Assembly (NCBI RefSeq): GCF_000485595.1
Contig: NW_014577065.1
Coordinates: 555,918-619,917, forward strand
Direction: 5' to 3'
Source of the DNA: Priapulus caudatus
Lineage: Eukaryota
Length of the DNA: 64,000 nt
The notes beneath the pieces were generated by a model. The model ran no database searches. It saw only the letters and a list, made by a program, of their open reading frames with translations, and was not told where the DNA came from. The translations under genes and the position numbers were made by a program. This document shows, piece after piece, positions 25,514 through 39,141 of the stretch. The number at the start of each line of letters is the position of its first letter. The stretch's first letter is position 1.

Positions 25514-27363
25514 GTATATAACTTGGTCTTCTGCTGTTTGAACGTGGCTGCCTGGCTTAAGTATCCGTTCTCATCAATGTGCTATCGGGGTTCCTTGACA
25601 GACTAAATAGCTTCCACCCGTTAATGATGTTGTAAGCCTCAGAATATTAGTTGTTTCAGCTATATATTCTTGTATTAAAATGAGTACGTAGTCCGCGACT
25701 ATGCGAAACTCATTTCCAGGTAGAATCAGTAGATATTGCCTTCTATGTGGACTCGCAGGATACAAATGTTCTCAAGTGATTTACTAGTTTCTGGTTAGAC
25801 GTTACATAGTTCTGCTTGTACGCATGTGCAATGTGCACCAACCCATGAATCATATATAACATATCAATATCATTATAACATATGATTGTATATCGCATCA
25901 AAATAGTGTCGGAAATCTAATCAAGTATAATACTGTAACCCACAAACAATAATGTTCATACAATATCGTGTAGCAGCAGGGAATGAGAATTTTGAGAGAC
26001 GTCTTTATACACATTGTCATGAGAGTTTGAATAGAGAACGGGTACCTCATGTGGCTCAACGTAATCTTGCGTATAATAACGCCGCGTGGACGATCCAGAA
26101 ACGACGTCAAAGAAGCGAAACGCAATTAGCCTCCTGTTCCGCGCCAGAATTTTCCTCGTTTTTTTTCTATATAAGCTCTGTTTTAGAATACACATACCAA
26201 GAGCTGATAATACCTATATTAATTAGGTATTAAATTATATATCAAGATTTATCCAAACGCACTTACCTTCTACTTGGGCTCGCAGGCTACAAGACGCCCC
26301 TACAACTTACGTCGCCCCTACATGATTTTCTCGATGCACCAAGCTAATTATGTCAAACCCAAGTAATAACGTCACCTTAGCACTGCACAAAATCTGAAAT
26401 GTTAAGTAGAACGTGTGAGAGAGAAGGCTAGCACGATAGATTGTGGCAACAAGGACAATAGTACTAAAGCTGTGCATTATGTGAAGGGTTTATTAGAGGA
26501 ATTTTAGGAGAAACCAGCCGCGTAGCAGGTGAGCTGCCTACGAATACCGCTGAATACGCAAAAATAATGAATTTCTCCATTTCCATCCACGTTTTATTTG
26601 AATTTTAGGTAAATAAATATAATATAATATAATATAATATAATATAATATAATATATGATATAATATAATATTAATATAATATAATATAATATATATATA
26701 TAATATATATAAATATATATATAATATAATACTACGATATAGATATACATATAATATAATAATATACATATACATATAATATAATATAATGATAATATAA
26801 TTAATATAATATAATATATATAATATACGATATGAACTATAATATAATAAATAATATAAATATTGATATAATATAATATAGATATAATAAATATAATGTA
26901 ATATCATATTATAAGCAAGGCAGAAATGAGTGGAAATAAAATTGCACTTTTTATTATAGTTATTCACCTTAAATGTGTCATATAGAACAGACAAGCAAAA
27001 CTATCGAACGATTAAGCGTCTAGTATTTATACAATACTAGTATATAGACAAACTTATTCATAGGCATCTCAGCGATGATGGACATTGACGCTATGCCGTT
27101 AGCGGACACGTACGAAAACATGCTAATAGTGGACAACAAAACTACCCGATATTTGCTACCATTCCAGCAAATTTAATAGAGCAAAGCTAATTCTCAGTAC
27201 CTCATATTATGGGAGAAATTGACGCCATTATTAAGCATGATATGCGCATTATAAGCCGCCATTATATTGCTGATAAGCTTGGTTTGCTGTGTTGTCATTG
27301 TATATGGTGTCTACAGCATTCGTCTACAATGGTACTATATTCGTAATTTCGTACTATATTCGT

Positions 27364-29268
27364 CTACGGAATCACTCGCAAGCGAGTATCTGCAATATCT
27401 GCAATATCTGCTTTTGACGAAAGGAAGCTGCTCAAGTAGGGGAAGTTCACTACATTGTCTAGAACTGATCCATCGATTACGATGGATGGCGATGTAGCTA
27501 TTTGGAGTGTGGCTGTCTGGTAGAGGACCTGAGTCTTCTTGATGCTAATGGACAAACCGAGTCTTCGCTAAGCAGAGTCGAAGGTGCTAAGAATTTCTTG
27601 CAGGTCTTTCTCTGAGGTAGCACATATGCAGTTATCATCAGCATACTGGAGTTCCACGATGGATGTACTTTTCGTCTTCGTTTTAGCTTCATTTGGATAG
27701 GATCTACCACAGCGCTTCTCTGTTTACGGAGTCAAAGGAATTGGTAAGATCGATGAAAGCCATATTGAGTGACTGGTGTTGTTCGCGACATTTCTCCTGC
27801 AGCTGGCGGGCAGTAGACATGGGGCATGTCTGTAGTTTCTAGGTTCGGACGGAAATCACACTGTAACTCCAGGAGAAAGTGTTCAGCAAGAGGAGGCAGT
27901 CTATTTGCGAGAATCCGTCCAATAATTTTTCCAGCATTTGCAAGCAGAGATATTCCACGAAAGTTTCCACAATCGGCTTTATCTCCTTTCTTAAAGATTC
28001 TGAACATTTCCGCATCCCTAAAGTCTGCAGCAATCTCTTCTTTGTCCCAGATCAATGATATTAGTTGGTGTACACACGAGGTTAGCTCTGAGCTTCCACA
28101 TTTGAAAATCTCGGCTGGGATGCCATCCACCCCAGCAGCGTTTCCGTTCGTTTTTTTGTGAGATAGCATTTTCCACCTTGACAAGGCTGGGGTTATGACT
28201 TAGCTCAGCATGAAAAGGGAGCTGGGGGATCTCATCAAAAATTTCTTCGTCTACAGTAGAGTCGCGATTTAGCATGATACTACCCTCATCCTTCAAAAGA
28301 GTACCGTCCTTATCCCTAACAGGAATTAAACCACGAGTGCCTGGACCATAGATTGCTTTGGTGGCACTAAAAAAACCACGTGTGTTATTTTTGTCAGCAA
28401 GTTTCTGTAACTCCCGTGCTTTCTGTGTCCATCATGTATCATTTATCTGTCTGATTCGCCGTTGTACCTCAGACTTAATGACTTGGTGAACTTCCTTTTT
28501 AGTCTCGTTACTCGGATCATTTTGCCACACACAGAAAGCTTTTCTCTTCTTTGCAATTAGCTCAGGGATGACACTATCATTTTTATCAAACCAATCTTGA
28601 TGTTTTCTGGTACTGAGGCCTATGGTATTTAAACTACTCGAGATAATTGCCACTTTCAAGTCTTCCCAATATTTTGCAACGTCGTTAGATTTGACAGACT
28701 GGAGATTTTGTCGGAGAGATTTCTGTAAGTCCACCTGCACCTTACGGTCGCCAAGTTTAGAGATGTTTATTCTCCTCTTAGGATGACTCTTCATTCTTCG
28801 TTTCTGTTGGTGAAGCCTCAAAGACATAGTGGCACGGATAAGCCGATGGTCCGTCCAGCAGTCATCTGCCCCCGTCATTGCCTTTGTTATCAGGACGTCC
28901 TTCCGATCTTGATTATGGACAATCACATAGTTGATAAGGTGCCAACGCTTTGACCTAGAATGTTTCCACGAGGTCTTGAACTTGTTCTTTTGGCGAAAGA
29001 GGGTATTGGTTATGACGAGCTGGTGTTCTGTACACAACGTGAGAAGGAGTGTACCATTGGAGTTACAGTTTCCTGCTCCGTTTTTGCCAACGATATATTT
29101 CCAGAGGTTGAAGTCTCTTCCAACCCTGTCATTGAAATCTCCTAGAATGATGTTCGACTTCTTTAGGGACTGTCAGGAGTCCAGATTGGAGTAGAAGCTT
29201 TCTTTACACTCATCTTCAGCATCACGAGTTGGAGCATATGCTCACACGAGTGTAGCATGTTCGTTTTT

Positions 29269-29319
<51 letters not shown>

Positions 29320-30311
29320 GGCAGTCATGAGGCGTTCATTAATCCCGTGCGGGAGTTTAGTTGGGTGGTGAATGAGTCCATTTCGGACAGCTAAACCCAC
29401 ACCATGCGTCCTTGGCTGACCTTCCAATCTTCCTTTCTAGAAAAAGGTGTAGCCACAACCAGCTTCTGCCAACTGCCCTGACCCAGATCTTTGTGTTTCC
29501 TGGAGGGCAGCAATATTAATGTTAAAATTACTTAGCTCTCGGGAGACGAGAGCAGTTCTCCTCTCAGACGCTCAGAGTATTGCGGGTTATCCAAAAGTGT
29601 CCTTATATTCCATGTTCCAAGATTCAGTTCATAGTATTTTCGACCGCATGCAGGTGATCCCACTAGATGCGGTATTCCAGCCAGAAAGTGTAGAACAGAC
29701 TATTTTTAGGTTACATTTGCTAGACCCCTCCCCTTGTAGGGTGAGAAGAGCCGTTTCTAGAAAGGGCTGCTCAGTCACAGAGAATACTGCCGGAATGCTC
29801 TCCTGTTCTAATTCCAAGAGCGAGACGACTGAATCAAGACTCTGCCACCTAAACGTTTCGGTCCAAGACTAAGGACTCCCAGATTTCACAATCCTGTCCC
29901 CGTCGCCTTTCGCCGATCGCCGAAGGACTATTTTGAGTATAAGATAGATCTTAAAACTTAAACTAGACGCCGTGTGCGTGAAATCGTTTATCGTGGACTA
30001 GCTGCTGCACGACAGCTGGCACGTACACACCCTTCTTGACCGCCCAATTCCGATGGCAAGAAGGTCTCGACGACCGGAAACTCTCTCTCTCAGCTGCAGC
30101 CCTCGTGCGCCTTCTCAGATGTTGATGTCTACGACATTGCACATCCGATCCGCCGTTGGGAACTTTGGTTGAGATTGCTCGCAGTCAGGCTCCTTCCCCC
30201 GGACCTTACCGCCTTGGGTGGCCCTACCAGAAGTGCAAGACTCCCGACGGCACCGCTCACAGGGATCAGCAGAGCACGCAAGCTCCTCCATCACATCCAG
30301 GTGGCAATCTC
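27364..30311 (-). mobile_element. Decayed RTE-clade non-LTR retrotransposon (APE endonuclease + RT), 5' end present, internally deleted and 3' truncated
   Basis: Frameshifted motifs: WNIRTL, ERRTALVSREL, IAALQET, HGVGLAV, AYAPT, ITNTLF..KTSWKH.RSKRWHLINYV, CWTDHRL, AAGVDGIPAEIFK, CGNFRGISLL, FIDL..FDSV, QYADD, ISIKKTQV, FPYLSS. A (GA)n tract is inserted in the endonuclease region at ~29272-29316; 5' UTR ~29650-30311. Confidence 0.92.
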
Positions 30312-30656
30312 GAAGAGGAGGGTACAATATATACGCTTATAAAACTACTATACTTTCAACTACTAGCGCTTTTGGTGTTTTTCTCGAATGTTTTATCCAA
30401 GTAATTTTTCCAGATTTAGCTGTTAACGGTCAATAATCAGCACAACCCATGGAGACCAGAATCGCCACAATTACCACTCGTGTAATACGAAATATTTAAT
30501 CTTATATTAATACATGAGATCACCTGATAGAGGGGTTGTAATACCAGCGATTGCAATAGAAACATATTGTTTTACAAGAAGCAATTGTGGTTTTGGATGT
30601 ATCGTTAATTATCAGTAGTGTACTACCTCTTTGTGTGCCGCTTGCTATGATAATGT

Positions 30657-30740
30657 CAGGAGTAAGATAATATATATTATCTTATTATTATTATCCTATA
30701 TTATCCTATTATCCTATTATCCTATATTATCTTACTCCTG
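30657..30740. mobile_element. P-like micro-element CAGGAGTAAGATAATA...TATTATCTTACTCCTG
   Basis: Perfect TIR of at least 16 bp; flanks ATAATGT/ACAATGT; same termini as 40845-40915. Confidence 0.7.
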
Positions 30741-33359
30741 ACAATGTTAATAAAAACTGAATCTTCTGCATTACGTATCCAAAGCCGCCGGCCCCGGCCT
30801 GCTCGCGTTACGGATCACAATGAACGAGCCAAGTAAGTAGCAGAGTGTGCTGTACCCAAATAACGCCAGGTCATGCTAGTTGCTAGCGAGATGTGTTAAC
30901 TTGCTGCAGAGCAAGATAAGATCATAATGCAAATATATTGCTATATAGCCTGTACGGCAACCGACTATGGTTTTAGCGGGATCACTAACTGTGTAAACAA
31001 TGTAATACATCATTTGTGTGCCGCTTGGGATGGCATTGTGCATAAACTGAATCTTGTGCACCACAGGGAAATTAATAACAAATAATAATTGTCTTAAATA
31101 GCAACATGTTGGGCGCGCATGGGTCGGTGGGGAATCGATTCACAACTATCCGTACATTATAGTTCCGCTTCTAATGTTTTTTTACATTTAATTACCTGTG
31201 TAACTTGTAGATCAGTTAAATGTTTACCTTCGTGAGACTATACTATACGTATATTAGTGTATTAAATTCATTGCCTATAAACTAGCAATTGAATGATAAT
31301 GATTGGAAAATAAGAATCCCGTGTGAAATACTAAATGATTATATTTGCACAAACCCTTAGAATCGGAAATCATTTGAGTTTATCGATCTAGTATTTTGTA
31401 ATAATTGGGTTTACTGTGCTATATATTTTGCATACTATCAGAGTGCCATCTCGTTAAATAATCTAACTAGTTTATATTATATTATTATAACGTTTATTAT
31501 AACATTATTATAACATTATAACGTTATGGTTTAAATTTAATGAACATTTTCAATCCTGCCGAAAGAGAGCTGCCCTTGTTATGTGGTTTGCTGCCCATTC
31601 CCAAGCTCAGTGAACAGCGGCAGACACTATGGACACTAGCGGCATATACTGGCCGAGACCAAGCAACCCAAGTTACTAATGACACCTAATGTTGATAGTT
31701 GTCTCGCGAGCAAAACAACTGCCTAGAACTGGTCAGTTCCTATTGGTGACCTGGGTCACGCGCTCGCGACACGTGCCGCCTTTGAGTGACATCATAGACA
31801 ACTCCAAACTCCACGACAGATGGCGCTCTCGCTCTGGTTCAATTCACAGGCAGTATCACAGGCAATTTTCAGGCAGTATCCTGAGTTGTACGCCGAAGGG
31901 GCTCTGCATGCAGTTTGAGACAACTCAAGTCTATGGTTGCATCTAAGCGTGGAGCATGCGCTGTCGTGCGCCCGTGACGCAGTTGTGACGCTCGCTATCT
32001 GTGCTAGTTGCGTGGCTAATTCGATTGTGCAACACGACTAATATAAATGAAAAATTTTTTAAAACCATTCGCGCGTGCGCACACCGGCTAACTGGGCGCG
32101 CACGTAGAACACACTAAATATGTTTTTTTATTTATTAGTCATCATCGTAACGCCAATATTGCATCGTATTTACATGTCATCGTTTTACTATTTCGAGCCT
32201 GTTGTTAACAAGCCCGATAAGGGGATATATGCACTCGAAGGCTTGCTAAATAAATAAATATATATAGAGGTCATATATGTTTTATATTTATATATTTTCA
32301 GCTATATCTTTATGGGTACCAGAACGTTTTTACTTTTACGAGAACGTTACGTCGACGAAATAATCGAAAGTGTTTGCTCTCCACTTTTAACACAATTTCA
32401 GGAAAATATAAATGCTTTTAGTAAATAAAACGCGTGCGCGCTCCGAGATTTAACGCTATAATCTATGCCATGTCATCGTGAAATTAGGAGGACTAGTATA
32501 GGCAGTTTTAGTAATCACTTCTCATAGATGTTTTCCATATCAACCCACACAGGAGTCTGCGCTGTGTACTTCACAGAAGCACACACGCGGGCCCACGCAC
32601 ACATGCATCTGCGCACACATAAAATCAACGAATGGCCCATAGAACAATTATAAAAAAAATACTGCGGGAAAAAAGCAAGACCTAGGTACGCTCAAGAGCT
32701 AATAATACCTTGGTACGATGTACCTACTGCAGGGACGATAACAACGCCTATTATATAGCTACTGATTATAGCAACGACTCAATGCTCTCAATCTGCTATT
32801 TCACCCATTGTTAGTTAGTCGCGCATTGTGTTTCGCTGCGGGATTTTTTCTCATCAGAAACTATTTGTTCGCTATGGCGTTCACTATGACATTTATAAAA
32901 ACCTACGCATTACCATCGGATTCGACCGAATAATCAGCCTGGCTCTAGGAGGGGAAGGAACATGAAAGCACATAAGCCACATGCATGGTTGTCGCGAAAG
33001 GTAAACTATGTACTTTTATAGACGCGCCAACGTAAGAAAAGTACAAACGGTTCGCGTGATTTCACACATCGCGAACTCGCACCTTTTACGTAATTTCAGC
33101 AAGGTTATACAACGGTATATCATAGAAACTACGTTATTAAATTTGATAATATTATGCAACGTTCATTCCTCGTTTGTTGTAAGGTAAAACGCATAAACTA
33201 ATGTTAATCTCGTAAATTTTATTATCATTTACCTAGCTACGCGTGGCTCGAGAAATGGTACGATAGAAAAAAGCAGAATCAGATTATTGCATTTTAACGA
33301 ATTTTTGTTATTACATTCCAAACAACGGAGTTACCCGTATATGAATAAGTAAACGAATA

Positions 33360-33839
33360 TATATATATATATATATATTATATCAGGAGTAGATAAATAG
33401 GGATCTCTATTATTATTGCCTGATATATATATATGTGTATGTGTTGTGTGTGTGTCGTGTGCATGTGTTGGTGTGTGTGTGGTGTGTTGTGTGTGTCGTG
33501 TGTGTGTGTGTGTGTCGTGTGTGTTGTGTGTTCTGTTTGTGTGTGTCAGTGTGTGCGTGCGTGTGGGGCGCGCGCCGCGCTGATACGTGTGTGTGCGTGC
33601 GTGCGTCGCGCGCGTGTGTTGGTCGTGTGGTGCAGATATATATATATATTATATACTATATATATATATTATATTATATATATATATATATATATTATAT
33701 AGTATATACTGGGTGTGTGTGTGCGTGCGGTGCGTGCGTGCGTGCGTCGCGTGCGTGCGTGCGTGCGTGCGGCTTGTGTGTGGTGTGTGAGGTGCACTAT
33801 ATATTATATATTACTCATATATTATATATATATATATAT

Positions 33840-33877
<38 letters not shown>

Positions 33878-34193
33878 TGTGTGTGTCCGCGCGCCGCGTT
33901 GTGCTGTTGACGCGTTGTGGTGTGCTTGTGCGATGCGTGCGTGCGTGCGGTTGCGTGGGGGTGTTGCGTGCGTGCGTGCGTGCGTGCGTGTCCGCGTGCT
34001 GGTGTGTGTGTGCGTGCGTGCCGTGCGTTGCGCGTGCTGTATGATGCGTGTGGTGAGGCGAGATATATATATATTATATATGTGTGTGCATGTGTGTGTG
34101 TTGGTTGCGTTGCTGCGTGTCGTGCGCGCGTCTAGCCGTGTGTGGCGGTGTGTTGGTGCAAGATAATAGAGTACAGGTAGTATTTATATATGT

Positions 34194-34233
<40 letters not shown>

Positions 34234-34508
34234 CCGCAGCGCGCGTCGTGCATTGGTGGCGTGCATGTGTGTGGTGTTGTGTGTTGTGTGTGTGTGTGCT
34301 GGTGTGTGTATGTGTGTGTGTTGTGTGTGTGTGTTGTGTGTGTGTGGGGGTGTGAGTTGTGGTGTGTGCTTGGTGGTGTGTGAGTGCAGATATATATATA
34401 TATATATATATTTGTGTGTGTGTGCGCGTGCGTGCGTAGCGTCGTGTGTGTGTGTGGGCTGCCGTGTGGGGTGTGTTTGTGTGTGTGTGTGTGGGGGGGG
34501 GGGTGTAT

Positions 34509-34575
<67 letters not shown>

Positions 34576-35743
34576 GTGGAGTGTATGTATAGGGGGAGGG
34601 GGGGGGCCTGGCGTTACCTGCGTTGTCTGTGTTATTTGCGCGAATAAAACAGAAAGTAGAGTATGAGAAATTTTACTTCGTTTTACTGTAGTTGTTGAGC
34701 AATGAGTACATAATAGAGTAGTAGACCAGTAAGGCTTTAGGATGGGGTATACCCAACAAAACATATAGTTGTTACCACTTACGTAGTGCAAACCCCGAAC
34801 AGTACAATAACAACAGTAGTCGAGTTTTTATAAGCAAACATAATTAGCGTGGCATAAAGTAGTATAATAAAGCCATTAATTATACAATGTTAAGATTTAG
34901 GGGGAAAATAACGAAACGTAACGTAACTTAACTTAACGTGCCACGAATAATAATCGTATCATGAGCAAGGATATTAATATGACAATTTAGTAAGAGATTC
35001 TGTTAGCATAGCAAAACATGAACTAGTGCAATGTAGAGAGTAATTGCTAAATCAGCTAATAGAAGTGCGCTTAACGAAAAGCGTAAACAATATAAACACA
35101 ACATCGCGGTCACCTGGCTCTATACTCTGTAATAAAATGCTGAATGACAACAAAATTATTACAGGTGGTCTTACGTTCACGTATATTATTGCGGACACTA
35201 TATCATTACGTACCTTAAGCCCGGCGCACACGTGAGTAATTTTACTCAAGTAAAATGATGCATGCGTCAAAATACTCACGTGTGCGTCGGATTTTCGTTG
35301 AGTATTTTCGTCAGTAACGGCGGTAGTTTGCCTAGAAATGATATTACGAAAATATCGTAGACTGTAGACCATTTTTAAGTTTCAAGGAGTAGACGGACGA
35401 AGTTTGCTTTTTTCTGTCCATTTTTTTTCATACACTGTTTGGTCCAACTCGCATAGGCACTATGGAAACCCGGTTACCCGGTTGACGTAAACCTGTTAGC
35501 TTATTAGTAAATTCTGTTTGTCTGTCAGGAAAAATCGCTTAAGCCAAAAATCAGGCAGGGAAGGCACCAAACCCAGTTTGCGTGCCACATATCGGTTTAA
35601 TCGGCTATGTGGCGTAGGAGGAGATCCGGCTCTCATGCACAGACTTAGCGCTTATACTATACTAGCAGGACACCCGGCGTTGCCCGGGAAATAAAGCGCT
35701 CAGTTGGTGACCACTTGGTTGAAAGAAAAATATCCAAAAATCC

Positions 35744-35813
<70 letters not shown>

Positions 35814-36131
35814 TATCTATCTATTATGCTATCTACTCTCTCTATATGCTATCTTCTATCTATCATGTATCTATCCTATCTATCTATCTATCTATCTTAT
35901 GCTATCTATTATCATATCTATCTACTCTACTATCTCATTTATTCTATCTATCTATCTATCTATCTAATCTCATTTCGATCTATCGTATCTACTATCTTCT
36001 ATCTATCTACTGACTACAGCTACATGTCTATCTATCTATTCTATCTTATCTATCTACTTTATCTCTATCTAATGCTATCTATATCTATGCATCTACATCT
36101 ATGTCTACTATCCTATCTATCTATGCATCTA

Positions 36132-36173
<42 letters not shown>

Positions 36174-36500
36174 ATCTATCTTCCTAGTCTATCTACTCTA
36201 TCTCATCTATCTATCTATCTATCTATCTATCTTTATTCTATCTATCTATCTATCTATCTATCTAATCTATCTATCTACTACCTACCTACCTACATGTCTA
36301 TCTATCTATCTACTATCTATACTATCTGTCTATCTATCTATCTATCGATCTTATTATCGTATCTATCTATCTATCTATCTATCTATCTAATCTATCTATC
36401 TAATCTATCTATCGATCTATCGATTATCTATCTCATCTATATATTATATATCTATTTATCTTCATCTATTATCTATCTACCTACCACATGTATAGTCTAT
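33360..36500. repeat. Degenerate (GT)n/(GCGT)n/(TA)n (33360-34570) and (CTAT)n (35744-36500) microsatellite fields
   Basis: Direct reading. Similar tracts at 870-1040, 10520-10820, 13180-13525, 26620-26900, 46718-46910, 54500-54690, 59470-59580, 59840-60270 and 62380-63660. Confidence 0.9.
35662..35740 (-). mobile_element. Helitron 3' terminus fragment
   Basis: Minus strand reads CCCGGGCAACGCCGGG hairpin followed by ...CTAG|T. Confidence 0.6.
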
Positions 36501-36610
36501 TACCTATCACACTCTATAGTCTATAGTGCTTATAGTCTTGGCACAATCTCTATCAGTCGTGCAAGCGTGAAAATGTTGTTACGACAATGACATGGCGGCA
36601 TGTAAACATA

Positions 36611-37774
36611 TCTTATACTATGAATTTTGGCTAATTCTTGTGTGTGAGTTGTGTGTGTTTGGTTTGTCTTCGCTTTTCGCCCCTGATTGTGTCACTCATC
36701 GCGTACTGAAGATATAATTTCAGACATCACCACGCTGGTGAGATTGATGTCTGCTGAAAAAAAATTTTAAAAAGTTTACAGTTTTAAGTATTAAAGTCAT
36801 CTCGAAAAAATCTATTCGTGCGATAGGATGGGCAGTGCGTACAGCCAGATCATGCACATATACGTGGGAAATTACACTGCGTCTCTTGCTGCCGCCGTAT
36901 GAGCATATTTGCAGATCACCACGTCTGGCGAGATGGTCTGGCTCAAACAAAGACTACTCCTCAAATAGATGGCTGGGGCTTAACGTCTCGATCCCCCCCC
37001 TACTGCAGCATCCCTCCACTGCTCACATCTGCTTTGACGTACACAGTACGTTTTGGAACCACAGTAGTCAGTGGCGCAGTAGGCATGTGGGCCAGTGTCT
37101 CTGTTGTACCCCAGTGCAGTGGTTTCTCTTTTGCAGTTACATAAAATATTTACTTCGATCTGTTCACTTACATGGAGTTTATATTTAAAGACAACATTTG
37201 CTGTTCTACGGGTATACTTTCTGGCTAGTCTTATTATATATTTGGCCGAATGTTGTATGTATGTTAATGAAAGGCTTTCGTCAGTTTGGATCCAAATGCG
37301 GCCAAATTTACCAGAAGAGATCGATGAGTACAGGGACGGGTTTAAAACTATCCTTCCGGTTGAAAAACAGTTTGTTCGGTCTTAAGAAAACACATAAAAA
37401 AAAAACACAAAAAAGGGTAAAGATTTGCCTGAAATATAGGGGGGCGCGCTGTTTTGTTTTCGTTCTGTTTCAAGACAGGACCCGTATCATCAACCCAGTA
37501 GTTCTACATAGCATACATAAAACATTTGTCGGTTTGTGTGTGCGTTGCGCTGGCGTGGTGTTGTATCTCACTGTGTATCTGCAAACAAATGGTTATGTGT
37601 TACGCTGTAATAGGCATGGATTGTACATGTATTTGTAATTGACATCTCAACCATAAAAAAACAAACATGTGCAACAACTAAACTCTCCATATAACACCTT
37701 ACACATAACACTACTGTACTGGTAACACATGCTTCACAGTCACTAAGCCCGCGCGTAGCGCGGGTTTCAGCTAG
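36611..37774 (+). mobile_element. Non-autonomous Helitron
   Basis: A|TC 5' end (TCTTATACTAT... followed by a GT-rich stretch); 3' hairpin CCCGCGCGTAGCGCGGG then CTAG|T. The 5' boundary is less certain than the 3' boundary. Confidence 0.7.
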
Positions 37775-37874
37775 TGCATGTAAATAGTAACTCAATGTTT
37801 AGTAGGTCTCAGGGGAGATATAGTGATCCGCTAGATGGCGCATTATTAGTATAAATAAGTTGTGGATAGGCCTA

Positions 37875-38760
37875 TCAGTTACCGTTTCCGTGTTGATCTG
37901 CAGTATTCTTCTGTTGTTTCCCTCTATTATATTCTTCACGTTCGGCATGCAGCTGTACGAGATCTTAACATTGTTCTTATTGAAAATCTTGTGGAGTTTG
38001 TTTTCTGGAGGGAAGCAATTAACAGAAGAATACTGCAGATCAACACGGAAACGGTAAACAACAGAAAATGCAACTGCCCGAAAAACGTAACGTGCCCCCT
38101 GGATGAAAACTGCCTTGCTAAAGACATAGTATACCGAGCAACAGTGACAAGCGAAAACAAGACAGAAACATACGTCGGACTAACAGCTACCACCTTCAAA
38201 GCAAGACTAGCGAACCATAAGGCATCCTTCACTACGGAATCAAAACGGAACTCGACAGAACTTAGTAAACATATTTGGAACTTGAAAGACAACAACCTAG
38301 ACTACGCGATTAAATGGAAGATACTGAGCAAAGCGCCACACTACTCGAACACTACGAAGAAATGCAACCTATGCTTAACAGAGAAGTTCTACATATTGTG
38401 CAAACCTGAGACCGCGACACTGAACAAGAGAAACGAACTTGTTAGTAAATGCAGACATAAAGATAAATTTTTATTCAAGAACGTTATGTGAACTCTTACA
38501 ATGAATTCAGTTTAGCGCCAGCGCGCAGCAGCCACCGACAATGACGCGCTAATTAGTATCTATGGTATTTCTTTAGAACGCGCACGTATGAATACGAACA
38601 ATAGATCACATTATGCATGATGTTTTTATACTGCTCGGGATGTTCTAAATAGATCACTCTGTATTAGGCACTGATGAGTGTGGAGCTTTCGCTCCACACG
38701 AAACAGTTCTGTATGCAATAAACAGAGTCAAAATTACTACCGTGTCCGTATAACTTTATC
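37875..38760 (+). mobile_element. Penelope-like retroelement 3' fragment (GIY-YIG endonuclease + 3' pLTR region) with inverted 5' segment
   Basis: 38021-38491 encodes CNC....CPL...CL...IVYRA....TYVGLT...FKARLANHK...ELSKHIW...CNLCLTEK...LNKRNELVSKCRH; 37875-38020 read on the minus strand gives the upstream linker FPPENKLHKIFNKNNVKISYSCMPN; ends at a (TA)n tract. Confidence 0.9.
38656..38728 (+). ncRNA. Type I hammerhead ribozyme in the Penelope-like element
   Basis: CTGATGA (38671-38677), stem II GTGTGGAGC/GCTCCACAC with TTTC loop, GAAAC (38700-38704), short stem III (ACAG-tt-CTGT), GTA cleavage triplet (38711-38713), bulged stem I ACTCTG-TATT-ag-GCA / TGC-AATA-aa-CAGAGT. Confidence 0.88.
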
Positions 38761-38762
38761 TA

Positions 38763-38805
<43 letters not shown>

Positions 38806-39141
38806 TACGGAGTTCGACGTGAAAAGCGATGTAGTAGAAATGGAAGCGGCTATCCCTGCTATTTATGCCACGTTTATAATAGAAGATAGAATTCTAACGT
38901 TGTGTCTTAACGGCGACTTCTTGTTTGTTGGCAAAGATTTTGCCGCCAGTACATTTAAGACGTTCGGCCTGTCGAACAATGAAGAACTGGTGAGAAAGGA
39001 GAAATGTCAGGGCCGACACGCGGAATTAATGGCAAGAGAACGTACACACCGAGATGAACTTAAATCGATGGGAAGCAGCTTCTGTAACAGCGACGAACCC
39101 GATGGCGGGGGATTGCGAGGATGGGAGAGCGTTGAGGAACG

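Noticed and set aside
31810..31830. CTCF-like AGATGGCGC motif inside a small TIR element (similar motifs in MITE termini at 40761 and 41490)
   Set aside because: Partial motif match only; no evidence of binding from sequence alone.
33433..36590. VC/HT and IYLS-repeat ORFs up to 291 aa
   Set aside because: Dinucleotide and tetranucleotide repeat translations.
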